Assembly (NCBI GenBank): GCA_965287045.1
Contig: OZ336873.1
Location: forward strand, 42,780,001-42,844,000
Length of the DNA: 64,000 bases
Direction of reading: 5' to 3'
Origin: Carcharhinus amblyrhynchos
Lineage: Eukaryota
Shown here: one piece after another, positions 1-11,214 of the stretch
How positions within the stretch are numbered: the first letter of the stretch is position 1
Layout: the number at the start of each line of letters is the position of its first letter
Translations under genes and position numbers: made by a program
Notes under the pieces: model-generated
What the model was told of the DNA's origin: nothing
The model's database searches: none
The model's input: the letters and a program-made list of their open reading frames with translations, nothing else

Positions 1-862
1 TAGGCTGTGAGTGGGTGGGGACCTGGCAGATGGAGTATAACGTTAGCAAATTTGAGGTTATCCACTTTGGAAGAAATAATAGTTGGATGGAATACTATTT
101 AAATGGTGAAAAGTTGCAGCATGCTACTGTGCAGAGGGACCTGGGGGTCCTTGTGCACGAATCGCAAAAACTCAGTCTGCAGGTGCAGCAGGTGATCAAG
201 AAGGCGAATGGAATGTTGGCCTTTATAGCGAGGGGGATAGAATATAAAAGCAGGGAGGTCTTGCTGCAACTGTACATGGTACTGGTAAGGCTGCAACTGG
301 AGTACTGTGTGCAGTTTTGGCCCCCTTATTTGCGAAAGGATATATTGGCCTTGGAGGGAGTACAGAGAAGGTTCACCAGGCTGATACCGGAGATGAGGGA
401 CTTAGCTTATGAGGAGAGATTGAGTAGACTGGGCCTGTACTCATTGGAGTTTAGAAGGCTGAGGGGGTATCTTATAGAGATTTACAAGGTAATGAAGGGG
501 CTGGATAGGGTAAAGGTAGAGAGATTCTTTCTGCTTAGAAAGGAAACCAGAACTAGAGGGCACAGCCTCAAAATAAGAGGGGGGCAGTTTAGAACAGAGT
601 TGAGGAGGAACTTCTTCACTGAAAGGGTAGTGAATCTCTGGAATTCTCTGCCCATTGAAGTGGTGGAGGCTACCTTGTTGAATATGTTTAAGTCACGGGT
701 AGATAGGTTTTTGATAGACAAGGGAATTAAGGGTTATGGGGAGCAGGTGAGAAAGTGGAACTGATCCACTTCAGATCAGCCATGATCTTATTGAATGGTG
801 GGGCAGGCTCAAGGAGCTACATGGCCTACTCCTGCTCCTATTTCTTATGTTCTTATGTTCTT
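1..862 (+). mobile_element. CR1-clade LINE, 3' part (RT C-terminus, 3'UTR, tail)
   Basis: ORF 15-764 has the CR1 motifs QRDLGV, LEYCVQFW, TRGHSLK and FFTERVVNLWNSLP, followed by a (TTCTTATG)n tail at about 841-862. Confidence 0.95.
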
Positions 863-889
863 TAGAGAAAGTCAGAGAAGGAGGGAGAA

Positions 890-1075
890 AGGTTTGCATT
901 TGTATAACTCTCTTCGTGACTCAAAGCATTTTATAGCCAATCAAGTCGTATGAAGTGGCCTCACTTGTAATGTAGAAAACGCGACAGCTGAATGACACAC
1001 AAACACAGCAGCTGGGCACGTCATTTGTATTTTTAGCTATGTTATTTTAAGGATAAATATTGGACAAGACTTTAG
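890..1075 (-). mobile_element. DeuSINE/SacSINE-like fragment
   Basis: TTGCATTTGTATAA...AAAGCATTTTATAGCCAAT...GGATAAATATTGG resembles the Deu-SINE core and tail in reverse; degenerate. Confidence 0.5.
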
Positions 1076-1258
1076 AACCATCTTAGGAATCAATGGTGTC
1101 ATGATAATGTGAAGGCAGCAGTAATCCAGAAACTCAGATGAATGCGTGAGGGACATGGGTAGAATTTTAAATTCAACTGGTTAATAAATCTGGAATTTTA
1201 AAAAGCGCGTTTCAGTAAGGGTGACCGTGAAGCTATTAGATTGTTACAAAAACTCCTT

Positions 1259-1385
1259 CGCTGGAATTTTACCACCCTGCCCGCCACAGGAATCGGAGCA
1301 GGTGAGGGGCGGACAATGGAAAGGTCTATTTAACTTGGGCGGGCTTTTTCAATTTCAGGATAAGTGAGGCCATAAAATCCCACCC
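1259..1385. mobile_element. Short GC-rich MITE (about 125 bp)
   Basis: Imperfect termini GCTGGAATTTTA / TAAAATCCCACCC; a related copy lies at 46510-46636. Confidence 0.55.
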
Positions 1386-1479
1386 TTTGTAATCATTAAT
1401 GACATCTGGCCATGTGGATTACTTTTAAATACTCTCTGAAATGATCCAGCATGCCAATCAATTGTATCAAAATGCTATG

Positions 1480-2330
1480 GAAAAGTTATAAAGAATAAAA
1501 TCAGCTGAGACAACTGGCATCAACCTAGACATCAGAAATGACTTTGGCATGTCCAGCATTGCCAAGCCTGCAAACTCCTCCTAACATCTGGGGGCTTCTG
1601 CCAAAATTGGGAGAGCTAAATTATAGGTCAGTCAAGCAATAGCTACACACAGTCACACTAACAGAATCATACCTTACAGACAAATATCCCAGACACCATC
1701 ATCACCTTCTCTGGATCTTAAAGTTTATTTATTAGTGTCACAAGTAAGCTTACATTAACCCTGCAATAAAGTTATGAAAATTCCCAAATCACTACATTCT
1801 GCTGCCTGTTCAGTTGCACTGAGGGAGAATTTAGCATGGCCAATCCATCTAACCAGCACATTCTTTGGACTGTGGAAGGAAACCAGAGCATCCGGATGAG
1901 ACCCACACGGACACAGTGCAGCTGTGCAGATTCCACACAGACAGTTACCCAAGTTGGGAATCAAACCCAGGTCCCTATCACTGCGAGGCAGCAGTCCTAA
2001 CCATTGAGCCACTGTGCCACCCTCAGGTCTGTTCTGTCCCATCAATAGGATAGACCCAGTGGAGGTAGTAGCACAGTGGTATACATTAACTCCAGACCCC
2101 ACAAAAGATCACGGCAGCAAGTCAAACATGGACAAAGAAACTTGCTACTTAAACCACCTACCACTCTCCCTCGGCCAATGAATCAGTATTCCTTCATGTT
2201 AAGCATCACTTGGGCAAAGCACTGAAGGTGGCAAAGGAACAGAATGTAGTCAGGGTGGGGGACTCCAATGTCCCTCATTAAGAGGGGCTCAGTAGCACCA
2301 CCACACTAAGCTCCACCACTCATTTCTTCC
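1480..2330 (+). mobile_element. Decayed LINE ORF2 endonuclease region, interrupted by a SINE
   Basis: LTESYL-like coding (CTAACAGAATCATACCTT) and a GD(F/S)N-like motif (GGGGACTCCAATGTC) near 2258-2272. Confidence 0.5.
1720..2022 (-). mobile_element. V-SINE/HE1-like SINE, tail type B
   Basis: tRNA-like head GGTGGCACAGTGG, V-domain, and tail TGTGACACTAATAAATAAA on the minus strand. Confidence 0.9.
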
Positions 2331-2739
2331 CTTTTAAAGTCACCACTGCTCTTTGGGTTAATGCTACAAACTAAGGACCAGGCAGACAAGTGTTTCACTG
2401 AGGAAAGGGGTCAAATCGCAAAATCTTTTCAGTCCGGTATAGCAGCAGGATTTGGTTAACGTTTCTCATTTGGTTTGTGAAGTTGCTAACTCTGCTTGGA
2501 TGTATTTCATCAGATAACCTTCCACTTCCTTCTGCATTGCCCAGTCAAATACCATTTTCCCTTCTCCAATATTTTTTATATCTAACAATCTGAAGAGTTC
2601 GAAGAATTTTTATTACTATAAAGCATAATTTTTAAAATACCCCACATAGGTTCTCTAAAGGCTCCAGTGCAGTCCTGGAAAGCTGGCAAGTCTACATGAA
2701 GCCGGACCCTCAGAGGGAGACAATTACATTCATGTTAAA

Positions 2740-3660
2740 TATAGCGCCGCACTTGATAAAGAGATAGCCAGGCACAGCTTACACTGCCCTCTCTGTACCT
2801 GTTCCGCTGCAGCACCCGCTCACACACCGGCTGCACGCTTCGCTGTTACCTTATCCCGGCCGCTGCTGCTGTGGTACTGACCCTGGGGCTCTGCTGTACG
2901 ACTTTTCGCGGTGTAAAACGCCTACATTTCCATTGACATCACTTCAGGCCCTGCCCCGAGCGAGATCTATTGCATCAGTGCCTCTGATATGTGATCTGGA
3001 GCGTCCTGATGGGCATTTTATTTAAGACGAGTTAAGTTGCTGATGATGCGCTCCCGGCAGGGGAAAGAACACTTATCCTGGGTTCACATTCCGGGATCCC
3101 TTCCCCACACCCTGCTGGATCAGGGAGCCTGTGTGAAGCGGCGGGAGTAGATTGACCACAACTTCTGACTGAGATACTTCCCACCAGCTACTCAAAGTCA
3201 CACATGGAGAATGTTTACAATGCACTGAAAGACTGGCAGATAACAAGTGTCTGCGAGAGTTAGAAACTTCGGACTGTGATGGGGAGTGGGGGCGGGGAGC
3301 GGGGGAGGGGGGGACATTCAAAGAAAGTTAGAATTGACAACACTCAAACTAATCCAATAATCAGGTAACAACTGGACAATTTATTTATAAAACTAATAAA
3401 ACAAGAATAATACCATATTATTGCAAAATAATCCATTTTCTGGAAAATCAGGTAGAATTTTTCTGATAACAATTGACTAATGAATCGTGCATTAAGAAAT
3501 ATAGGATATTAATGCCCACCCTGGTGCCTCCTCTGTCTGCAACTTTGATTTTTAATTTTTTTCTAGACAAAACCAACATTGCGTTCTGATCCTCATTCTT
3601 ATTTACATCTGCACGCGTATGTACGCGCATGCACGCATGTGATACATAAATTATAGTGAT
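2740..3660. promoter_or_regulatory. CpG-retaining promoter-like region, possible non-coding first exon on the minus strand
   Basis: Non-repetitive with local CpG enrichment; GC box GGGGCGGGG at about 3289, CCAAT at about 3354, NRF1-like GCGCATGCAC at about 3624, and a minus-strand donor AAG|GTAACA at about 2850. Confidence 0.45.
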
Positions 3661-3770
3661 CTTGTTTAAAGAGGAATTCTCCTGGCTTACTTAAAAACAG
3701 ATCGGCTGTGCAAAGATGTTCATTTAGCATTCTGATGAAGATGTGAATTACATTATCTACTACTCGAGGA

Positions 3771-4064
3771 ACACGGTGGCACAGTGGTTGGCACTGCTGC
3801 CTCACAGCGTCAGGGACCCAATTCTGGTCTCAGGTAACTGAATGTGTGGAGTTTGCACGTTCTCCCTGTGTCTGCATGGGTTTCCTTTGGGTGCTCTGGT
3901 GTTGTCCCGCAGTCCAAAAATGTGTGGGTTAGGGTCCCTTCTTGTCAGGGAAACTAGCAAGGTAAATATGTGGGGTATGGGGATAGGTCTGAGTGGGATT
4001 GTTGTTGGTGTAGTCTCAACGGGCTAAAATGGCCCCTTTCTGCACTGTAGGGATTCTATGATTC
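3771..4064 (+). mobile_element. V-SINE/HE1-like SINE, tail type A (CR1-like)
   Basis: Head CACGGTGGCACAGTGG, V-domain GTGTGGAGTTTGCAC, tail CTGTAGGGATTCTATGATT. Confidence 0.9.
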
Positions 4065-4264
4065 CACTATAACTGTACTGAATCCTATTATGGCAGCTAT
4101 CAGAGTCTTAATTTCTCACAAAGATTTTTTGAGTGGACTACCTGGAGAAGTGTAGGTCAGAAGAGCAATGAATGGCTGGGGACAGTAAATTGAACCAAAG
4201 GTATGTAGTTCAGTGGTGACCAGTTGTTCTGTCAATTTGTGTTGACCTATTTTGCACAGGTACT

Positions 4265-4466
4265 TTGTTTTTATTCCAATTCAATAAAATCAAGTCTAAT
4301 TCAGAGTCTCAACAAGTTGAGCCGTTCCCAATCCAAGCTGATACGACAGGGCTCTCACCTCCTGTCTTGGGCTTGATCTACATAATCCAAGCAGATTGGA
4401 GTCGGCTTAGCTCCTCCTCGAAAGCTTGATCTTATTTGCATCTTAGTCAAAAGGCCAAGATGCGGC
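4265..4466 (-). other. Structured short element with a U2 snRNA-like segment
   Basis: The minus strand of 4440-4464 matches U2 nt 3-27 at 22/25 positions, followed by GCAAAT, AAGATCAAG (U2 nt 23-31), hairpins and AATAAA. Confidence 0.65.
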
Positions 4467-5754
4467 TTTTAAAAATTTCTTCAAATGAAGCTTCATTCAA
4501 CGGGAACATGTTTTTTTTGTCTTGTTTGAGTCAGTGTGTCAACGTTCTTTCAGTTTTCTTATAAATAGAAGAGCTGATTGTCCAAAATTAAAACCTTGCC
4601 AGCATTACCATCAGTGTTTCTGTCAAGAATCCCAACAGCTACATGCACTCAACGGCTTAAAAACAGCAAGGTTAAGGAAGAAGACAGGAGTGAGTCATAA
4701 CACAGATGTGAGGGGAAGGAGTAAGATGTGCTGTCTGTTGTCTGGAGGTCCAAAGCAATTTCTATCCATGTTTCTCGGGTTTTAGACCTCAATTGATTAG
4801 CTTCCAAAATAGGATCACTTACAAGTCACTGGAGTGTGTGGAAATACAGCAAGTTCTGGTGAATAATATGGATCTGTGCAGTCTTGAAGGAATGGTCCTC
4901 AGCAATCAGTTTGCCACTGAATATCAGTAGTGAAGTTAAACAGATCATAGAGGCATCAAGACATTTCTGCTCACGGGCTTTGGTCGTCTGTTTTAAACAT
5001 GATCAGGGCTGATTGGAATTTGGATTTCCCTCAATCCCACACCATCCTCCTACACAGTTTGGCCAGGACCAACTAATGCTCAAAACTGGAGCTCAAAATC
5101 TGCTTGCATACTTTCCAATGGGAACTGTGCCATCTTGGTAAATGGGTTTATGTGCATGCACTGAAGGACTGCCGGTACCATGCAGAGCAAACAGTTTACA
5201 ATGCCATGTCCATCTGTATACAAGGCTGATTTCACACCAGTGCTACCATTTTCTAATACTCCAATCAGCCTCATGCTGCCAAAGACAAAACAAAGAACCC
5301 CTCCCACTCCCCCAGATCCCACTAATGCTGGTGCACTTGTTTGTGTAGTTAAAACTCACGCCGAAATAAATGGCTTGCAAAAAGGGCAATTGCCTGGTAG
5401 ACCACCCTCTGGGAATTGGACATAACTGGGAGAATGAAGAGAAGCTACATAGACTAGGATAAGCTGTTTGAGATGGGAAGAGGTGGGGGATAAAAGAATT
5501 CTCAGCAGCTGATGGTATCTGGCTTTAGAGAGCAATACTTTTAACTGAACTCTAATGAGGACTAAAACATGAGAAAAATAGATGTCGACTACAGTCTAAG
5601 AACAATTTCAACCACAATTACAACCTCAAAGCAGGACTGGAACAGCATTTACAATGGCTTTCAAGGTGAATTGGTCTGAATTTGTATTCACCTGGCTCCT
5701 CCCTGAGCGCTGTTGAGGATATAAGCAACATTGTAGAAATTGCAATACACAGAA

Positions 5755-6450
5755 ATTGCAGCTTTGGAAGCTGCTGGGAAGAAAGGTTGACAACTTGCTA
5801 AAGAGGAATTTGTTACTGCTGCAACTGTGTGGTGGTGGTAGAGGGAGTAAATTCCCAAGGTGGTGGATGGGGTGTCAATTAAATGGGCCACTTTGCCCTG
5901 GATGGCATCAAGCTTCTTGAGTCTGGTTGGAACTCCTCTTATGCAGACAAGTAGAGAGTATATTAGTTTAGCTTAGTTTATTTATTGGTGTCACAATTAA
6001 GCTTACATAAAAACTGCGATGAAGTTGCTATGATAATCCCCTAGTCACCACAGTCTGGTGCCTGTGAGGATACACTGCGCGAGAATTTTGCATGGCCAAT
6101 GCACCTAACCAGCACGTCTTTCGGACTGTGAGAGGAAACCGGAGCACCCAGAGGAAACCCACGCAGACACGGGGAGAACGTGCAGGCTCTACAAAGACAG
6201 TGACTCAAGCTGGGAATCAAACCCAGATCCCTGGTGCTGTGAGACAACAGTGCTAACTACTGTGCCACTCCCATCACACTCTTAACTTGAGCTTTGTAGA
6301 TGGTGGAGTTAGGAGGTGAGTCACTCATAGCCCCTGAACTGCTCTTGTAACCACCGTCTTTATTTAAATTTTCCAGTTAAGATTTTGATCAATGGTAACT
6401 CCCTGGATGTTGGTAGTGGGGTTTCACTGCTGATAATGCAGTTGATGTAG
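5755..6450 (-). mobile_element. Decayed LINE RT C-terminal fragment, interrupted by a SINE
   Basis: The minus strand encodes GVTIDQNLNW near 6372-6402. Confidence 0.55.
5976..6269 (-). mobile_element. V-SINE, tail type B
   Basis: V-domain plus tail TGTGACACCAATAAATAAA on the minus strand. Confidence 0.9.
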
Positions 6451-6531
6451 GAATAGAAACTTTACAGAAAAATGGTCTGGTTACAGTATCAGGTATCAGG
6501 TGACTGAATGACAGCCATTTTTAAACTCGCT

Positions 6532-7565
6532 GGGGTGATCTTACTGGCTTAGTTGGTGACTGGTGTGGCGAGCAGTAAGATTGGGCGAAAATCTGGTTCA
6601 CGTCTGATCTTCTTGTCTCTTGCAATCTTACGGGCACTGTTTCTCTGGCAGAATCAGCTTTGCATCCATACAAAATGCAAAACCGATTCCAATATTCATT
6701 ACTTTATTTAAATATCATTAGCCAATCCCAGACTTAACCATTATCTGTTCATCGGTCGAGGTCTTCACAAATGAGGGAAAGGAGGGAGGGGAATTTTCTC
6801 CATAAAACTAGCCTCCAGAGCAGCGAGGTTTAGATCCAGAAAATTGCTGTGGAGAAATGAACCAAAGCAGCAAGCCATTATTAAAGATGTCCAAACCAAA
6901 TAGGATAGTTTATACTATTTTATTTTGTTTGGATATCTTTAATAACGGGGACCAGATGTGATGGCCTCACTGGTGGGAACAGAGGTCATTGTAGCCCCCC
7001 AGGTGGTTGAGGACAATGCCAGTCTGGCACCCCAGCTGTGTCTACCTGGTATCTTGGCACTGTCCACTGGGCACCTGACAGTGTCCACCAGGCGCCCTGA
7101 TGGGGTGTCTGAGGGGGACAGGGCCTAAGGTAGGCAGAGCCTTAGGGGGTAAGGCCATGACAGGGAAGCGGGGGCATGCTCCATAGGGAAGCAGGAAAGC
7201 GGAGGTGGATTGGGAGAGACCAGCACTGGGAGTAATCAGTGGTGGAACCACTGATTACTTGGGGGTGTGGGAAGGGGGTGGGGGGAATGACAGGAGATCT
7301 CCCAGTATGCTGTGTACATGTGTATACAAAGTGCACTGGGAGATCGGGGCACCCCCACAATGGTGCACCTAGAGCTCAGCAGCCGGCTTCCTAGTGAGAT
7401 TAGACTCTGTTCCGCCCCCTACTTACAGGAATCACATTCTGATACTTTTACTTGACTGAATGCCATAAGATTGCATTTTTCCAACTTGCCAAAAAACAAG
7501 TCTGAAACTGTCCCATTTTTTCACTCATTCAGCACTTAAAATTTAGATTGGGAAGATTGCCCCCC
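6532..7565. mobile_element. GC-rich non-autonomous TIR element (MITE, possibly PIF/Harbinger-related)
   Basis: Termini GGGGTGATCTT / AAGATTGCCCC, G-rich interior similar to 57776-58696; interrupted at 6778-6945. Confidence 0.55.
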
Positions 7566-8110
7566 ACCCTGTGTCTTTTCCTATATATATTTTTAAGACA
7601 GGTCTTTTTTAAACAATTAAATATGTCTGTGATTAACTGGCAAAGTTGTTCATGGATCTCATTCAGTCACAGTTTCCTGTTATCGTGGCACAACTTCCAG
7701 ATAGTTAATAGGCAGTGATGCTTTAAAAGTAAAACAGGAAGAAATGCAAGAACTGATTTGCTGCAAGATGTTGTACCTTTATTTGTGGTTAAATTTTTAG
7801 GAAGACAAGGAACTGAAAAGAGTTGTTTCACATACAATACACAGAAAATAAATATTTCAATGTGAAATATTTGTTTGTTTTTCATTTCAATTTCTTTCAA
7901 AATGGTATCTCAGATCATATTGAAAACAAATCCTTTCTCTGGCAGAAACTCTGTCCTTTGAAGTCCAGTACACTATAATCTATCCTATTTGCTTTGGACA
8001 TTTTTAATAATGGCTTGCTGCTTTGGCTCATTTCTCCATAGCAATGCTCTGAATCTAAACCTTGCTGCTCTAGAGGCTAGTTTTATAGAGAATATTCCTC
8101 TCCCTCCTTT
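6778..8110. repeat. Pair of inverted repeats of about 140 bp (6778-6917 and 7974-8110)
   Basis: The reverse complement of 7974-8110 aligns end to end with 6778-6917, with scattered substitutions. Confidence 0.9.
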
Positions 8111-8718
8111 ACCCCATGCAATCATTAATATTTGATCAATGCTATATCCCAATTGCACAGTTTTATTGAGAAAATTAATTTAAGGACCACAGTCTGGATT
8201 ACAGGTACACAAAAATGAAAACTTTGAATGAAAAGTAGCAGCAGTTCAGGAAAGTGACACCTCATGAAAAGCATTTGGTATCAGGGAGGTTCTTACCATA
8301 TCTCATTGACCCATTGTGACCAATAGCATTGGCCTGTGCTGAGCAATCAAATTCTAATTCAATATTCTTCAACATTTTGAGAATACTCAATTTTGACGAG
8401 ACAGTTAGAATCAGGCCCAATGGCCCCCATAAGAGGGAATCTTTTTGATTAAAAATCACCAACTTGAAAAATAATTTTCTTTATCATCTTAAAACCCTTG
8501 CAAAAGAACTTTGGTGCATGTTTCCCAATCTATGAAGATCTAATGTTTTGATACGAGGACTTGAAGTATGCTTTCTACATTGGGACGAGCACTTAGCAAG
8601 GAGGAACCACTATCCTGACCCATAAAATTTGCCCCAACAAAAGCAAGTCCAAAACAAACACAATGGCACCCCCTGCCCCACCTCCCCATCATGGCCCTAC
8701 CCCTTAAGGCCCCTTTAA

Positions 8719-9057
8719 GGGTGGCACGGTGGCACAGTGGTTAGCACTGTTGCCTCACAGCTCCAGGGATCTGGGTTCAATTCCTGGTTTGGGTCACTGT
8801 CCGTGTGGAGTTTGCACATTCTCCCCAAGTCTGCAGGGGTTTCCTTCAGGTGCTCTGGTTTCCGACCACAATCCAAAGATGTATGGGTTAGACTAATTGG
8901 CCAAGCTAAATTGTGACTTAGTGCCCAGGATGCATAGGTTAGAGGGATTAGCAGGGTAAGTATGTGGGGTTACAGGGATAAGGCCTAGGTGGGATTATTA
9001 TCGGTGCAGACTGAATGGGCTGAATGGTCTTTTCTGCCCTTGTAAGGGTTTCTATGA
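8719..9057 (+). mobile_element. V-SINE, tail type A
   Basis: Full head, V-domain and CTATGA tail. Confidence 0.9.
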
Positions 9058-9167
9058 AACATAATATTACCCTGGAGCAATTGAACCCCGAAAGCGCCCC
9101 CCGCCACCAACCCCCCACCACCACCTCCCCCCCTCCCCCCCCACCACCCCCCAGAGCAATTGAAAAA

Positions 9168-9362
9168 GTTGTGCTGGTTAGGTTGATTGGCCATGCTAAT
9201 TTGCCCCTTAGTGTGCCAAGATGTGTAGGTTAGGAAGATTAACAGGGTAAACATGAAGGGTTAGGGGAATAGTGTCTGGGTAAGATGCTCAGTCAGAGAG
9301 TCGGTACAGATCCGATGGGTTGAATGGCCTACTTCTGCACTGTAGGGATTCTATGATTTCTA
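9168..9362 (+). mobile_element. V-SINE 3' half, tail type A
   Basis: GGTTAGGTTGATTGGCCATGCTAA...GGGATTCTATGATTTCTAT. Confidence 0.85.
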
Positions 9363-9589
9363 TATCCTGTTTGTAAATACAGTCTGCATGGTAATCATAT
9401 GCAACCAGTATTTTAATTCATGGAATCTCAGAGATACTCAGCAAAATAGGAAGAGGCCATTCACTCCCTGTTTCGCTTTTGCTCGGGCAATCAAAAAACT
9501 AATCCTGTTACCATACATTCTTTTTGTCATTCTGTACCATATCCTGCTTCATGTCTATCTGTTTTCTTCATACTTTATTCATACTTTAT

Positions 9590-10015
9590 TCCAAGGGTGG
9601 GGTAGTGGAGGGGGACAGAGATCAAAGCAGGGAGTTGTGGGGGTGGCGAAGGGGCAGAAAACTGGCCCAGACACATCTGGAGGCCAGCGATTGGGTGTTG
9701 GGGGAGGGATTGTCGCATGGCCAGCGTTGCGGGGTTTCAGGGCCGGCCACCTAGTCAGCAGTTGGGAGGCTGGCAGTGTGGGGCTAGTGCGCATGCGCCG
9801 ATCTCTGTTTTGACAGATCTGTACATGCACAATGGCCCACTCAGGGCTGTGCTGCCAGCGTCTCCGGCGAGAATAGGCCCCATCTACAGCTTTTTAATGA
9901 GATTCACACTAGGATTCTCTGTAATGCAGAGAGTGGTAGATTCATTTTCAAAATCCTGCAGAACAAACCAGCAGTTTTTCTGCAGGAAAGCTTCTGCAGG
10001 GGTGCTGCTGCTGCT
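9590..10015. mobile_element. Fragment of the GC-rich MITE family
   Basis: G-rich body with GCGCATGCGC, similar to the 43280-43662 and 57776-58696 elements. Confidence 0.5.
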
Positions 10016-10366
10016 GGCTGGCTTTTTGTTTCAGTGCCATTCGCATTCCGACGTCCACCGCCCCTCCCCAACACCAGTTGACACATTCTCATTTCATTAC
10101 ATAAAGGAAAAAGAAACAGAAAACAACAAACGCTCTCACATACACATTCATTCTCTTAGCAACGGCCAATTTTATCCTTTTTAGTTCTAACTAGTCTTCT
10201 TTAGGTTCTGGATTGGGTGCCCATAATCAGGTTTGATATCCTCGGAATGTGAGTGATTTTTAAGTGACATGGTTGGAGGAGTAAACTCTAACAGAATAAC
10301 CTGGCATTCTGGGTCTCGAACATTTCTACACAAGTTGACGGATTTCGGTCAATACAGAAAGTGGCC

Positions 10367-11214
10367 TGTAACCAAACGGGCCAGCTAAAATGGCGTTTTG
10401 TAAAGCAGTCTGGGACAATCGGGCAAGAAAATAAACCAACAGGCTGCAGTTTAAAGGCAGAGACAAACAACCCTGACGAGTGAATAAACAGAATATGGGT
10501 CATCTCCAGGATGAAAGGGACTTTACATTCACACTGGCTTGTTTCATCTCCAGGATGAAAGACTTTCTGGTCACACTGGATTGTGTGCCAGACATAGGGG
10601 CACCGTGAATCCTTATTTAGGAGGAAAGTGTGTGACCTATGTGCCTCCAACACCTACAGACATGACCGCTGGGGACACACCCAGAGATCGGTGCGGTAGC
10701 ACCTGATTGGACTTTTATCACATCATGGACCACATCATGGACTCTTATCGATCAGAGGGATCAAGTCCTGATTGATTGATTGGCAATGGCCAAAAAGGGG
10801 CGTGAAACCGAACGGGGTATAAAAGGTGCTGTACAACCAAGAATCTCTCTCTCTCTCTCTGACCCCACGAACAAGCTACAACACAATGGTGAACATCGCC
10901 AGCAAGAGGAGAGCCGCCACACCCGAGAAGGAAGGAAGAAAGAGCAGAGCCAGAGTGCCAGACCAGACCAAAGAACCAGGCTACGCAGACGACTACCGAG
11001 ACCGACACACAGATAAAGGCCAATATCTGCTTGGGTACTTGCCAGTCACACAAAGTCAAGGTCTTGTATTGGACTCAAATTCTAGTATTTTCTGTAAGAT
11101 AACTTATTGTTGGTCGGGTGGGTGTTTATTGATTGTGTGGGTTTAAATAAATATTGGTTGTACTAACAAGACATCTACTTGTAGTTATTTGTACACCGTA
11201 TAAGGGTTAAAACA
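10367..11214 (+). mobile_element. Solo LTR inserted into the Gmr1-like RNase H
   Basis: Termini TGTAACC...GGTTAAAACA, TATAAAA at about 10818, AATAAA at about 11146, short U3-like direct repeats and retained CpGs. It splits the RNase H frame; no clear TSD. Confidence 0.7.

Noticed and set aside
15-764. Host CDS (also the ORFs at 20378, 28203, 28865, 29585, 36661, 37285 and 63119)
   Set aside because: All are truncated CR1 ORF2 fragments.
3204-3263. ATG with good Kozak context (MENVYNALKDWQITSVCES*)
   Set aside because: 19 codons with no convincing donor before the stop; cannot be supported as a CDS.
4425-4466. Functional U2 snRNA gene
   Set aside because: Only about 30 nt are U2-like; the branch-point recognition sequence, Sm site and 3' stems are missing.
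7680-7720. Terminal exon SLPINYLEVVPR* resembling the end of an SH3 domain
   Set aside because: Only 12 codons, with no upstream SH3-encoding exon found; compatible with chance.
8719-8790. tRNA genes (here and at the other SINE heads)
   Set aside because: The A/B-box-containing heads run directly into the V-domain, so they are SINE heads.
10780-11146. ORFs inside the solo LTR
   Set aside because: Purine-rich LTR sequence with no recognisable domain.
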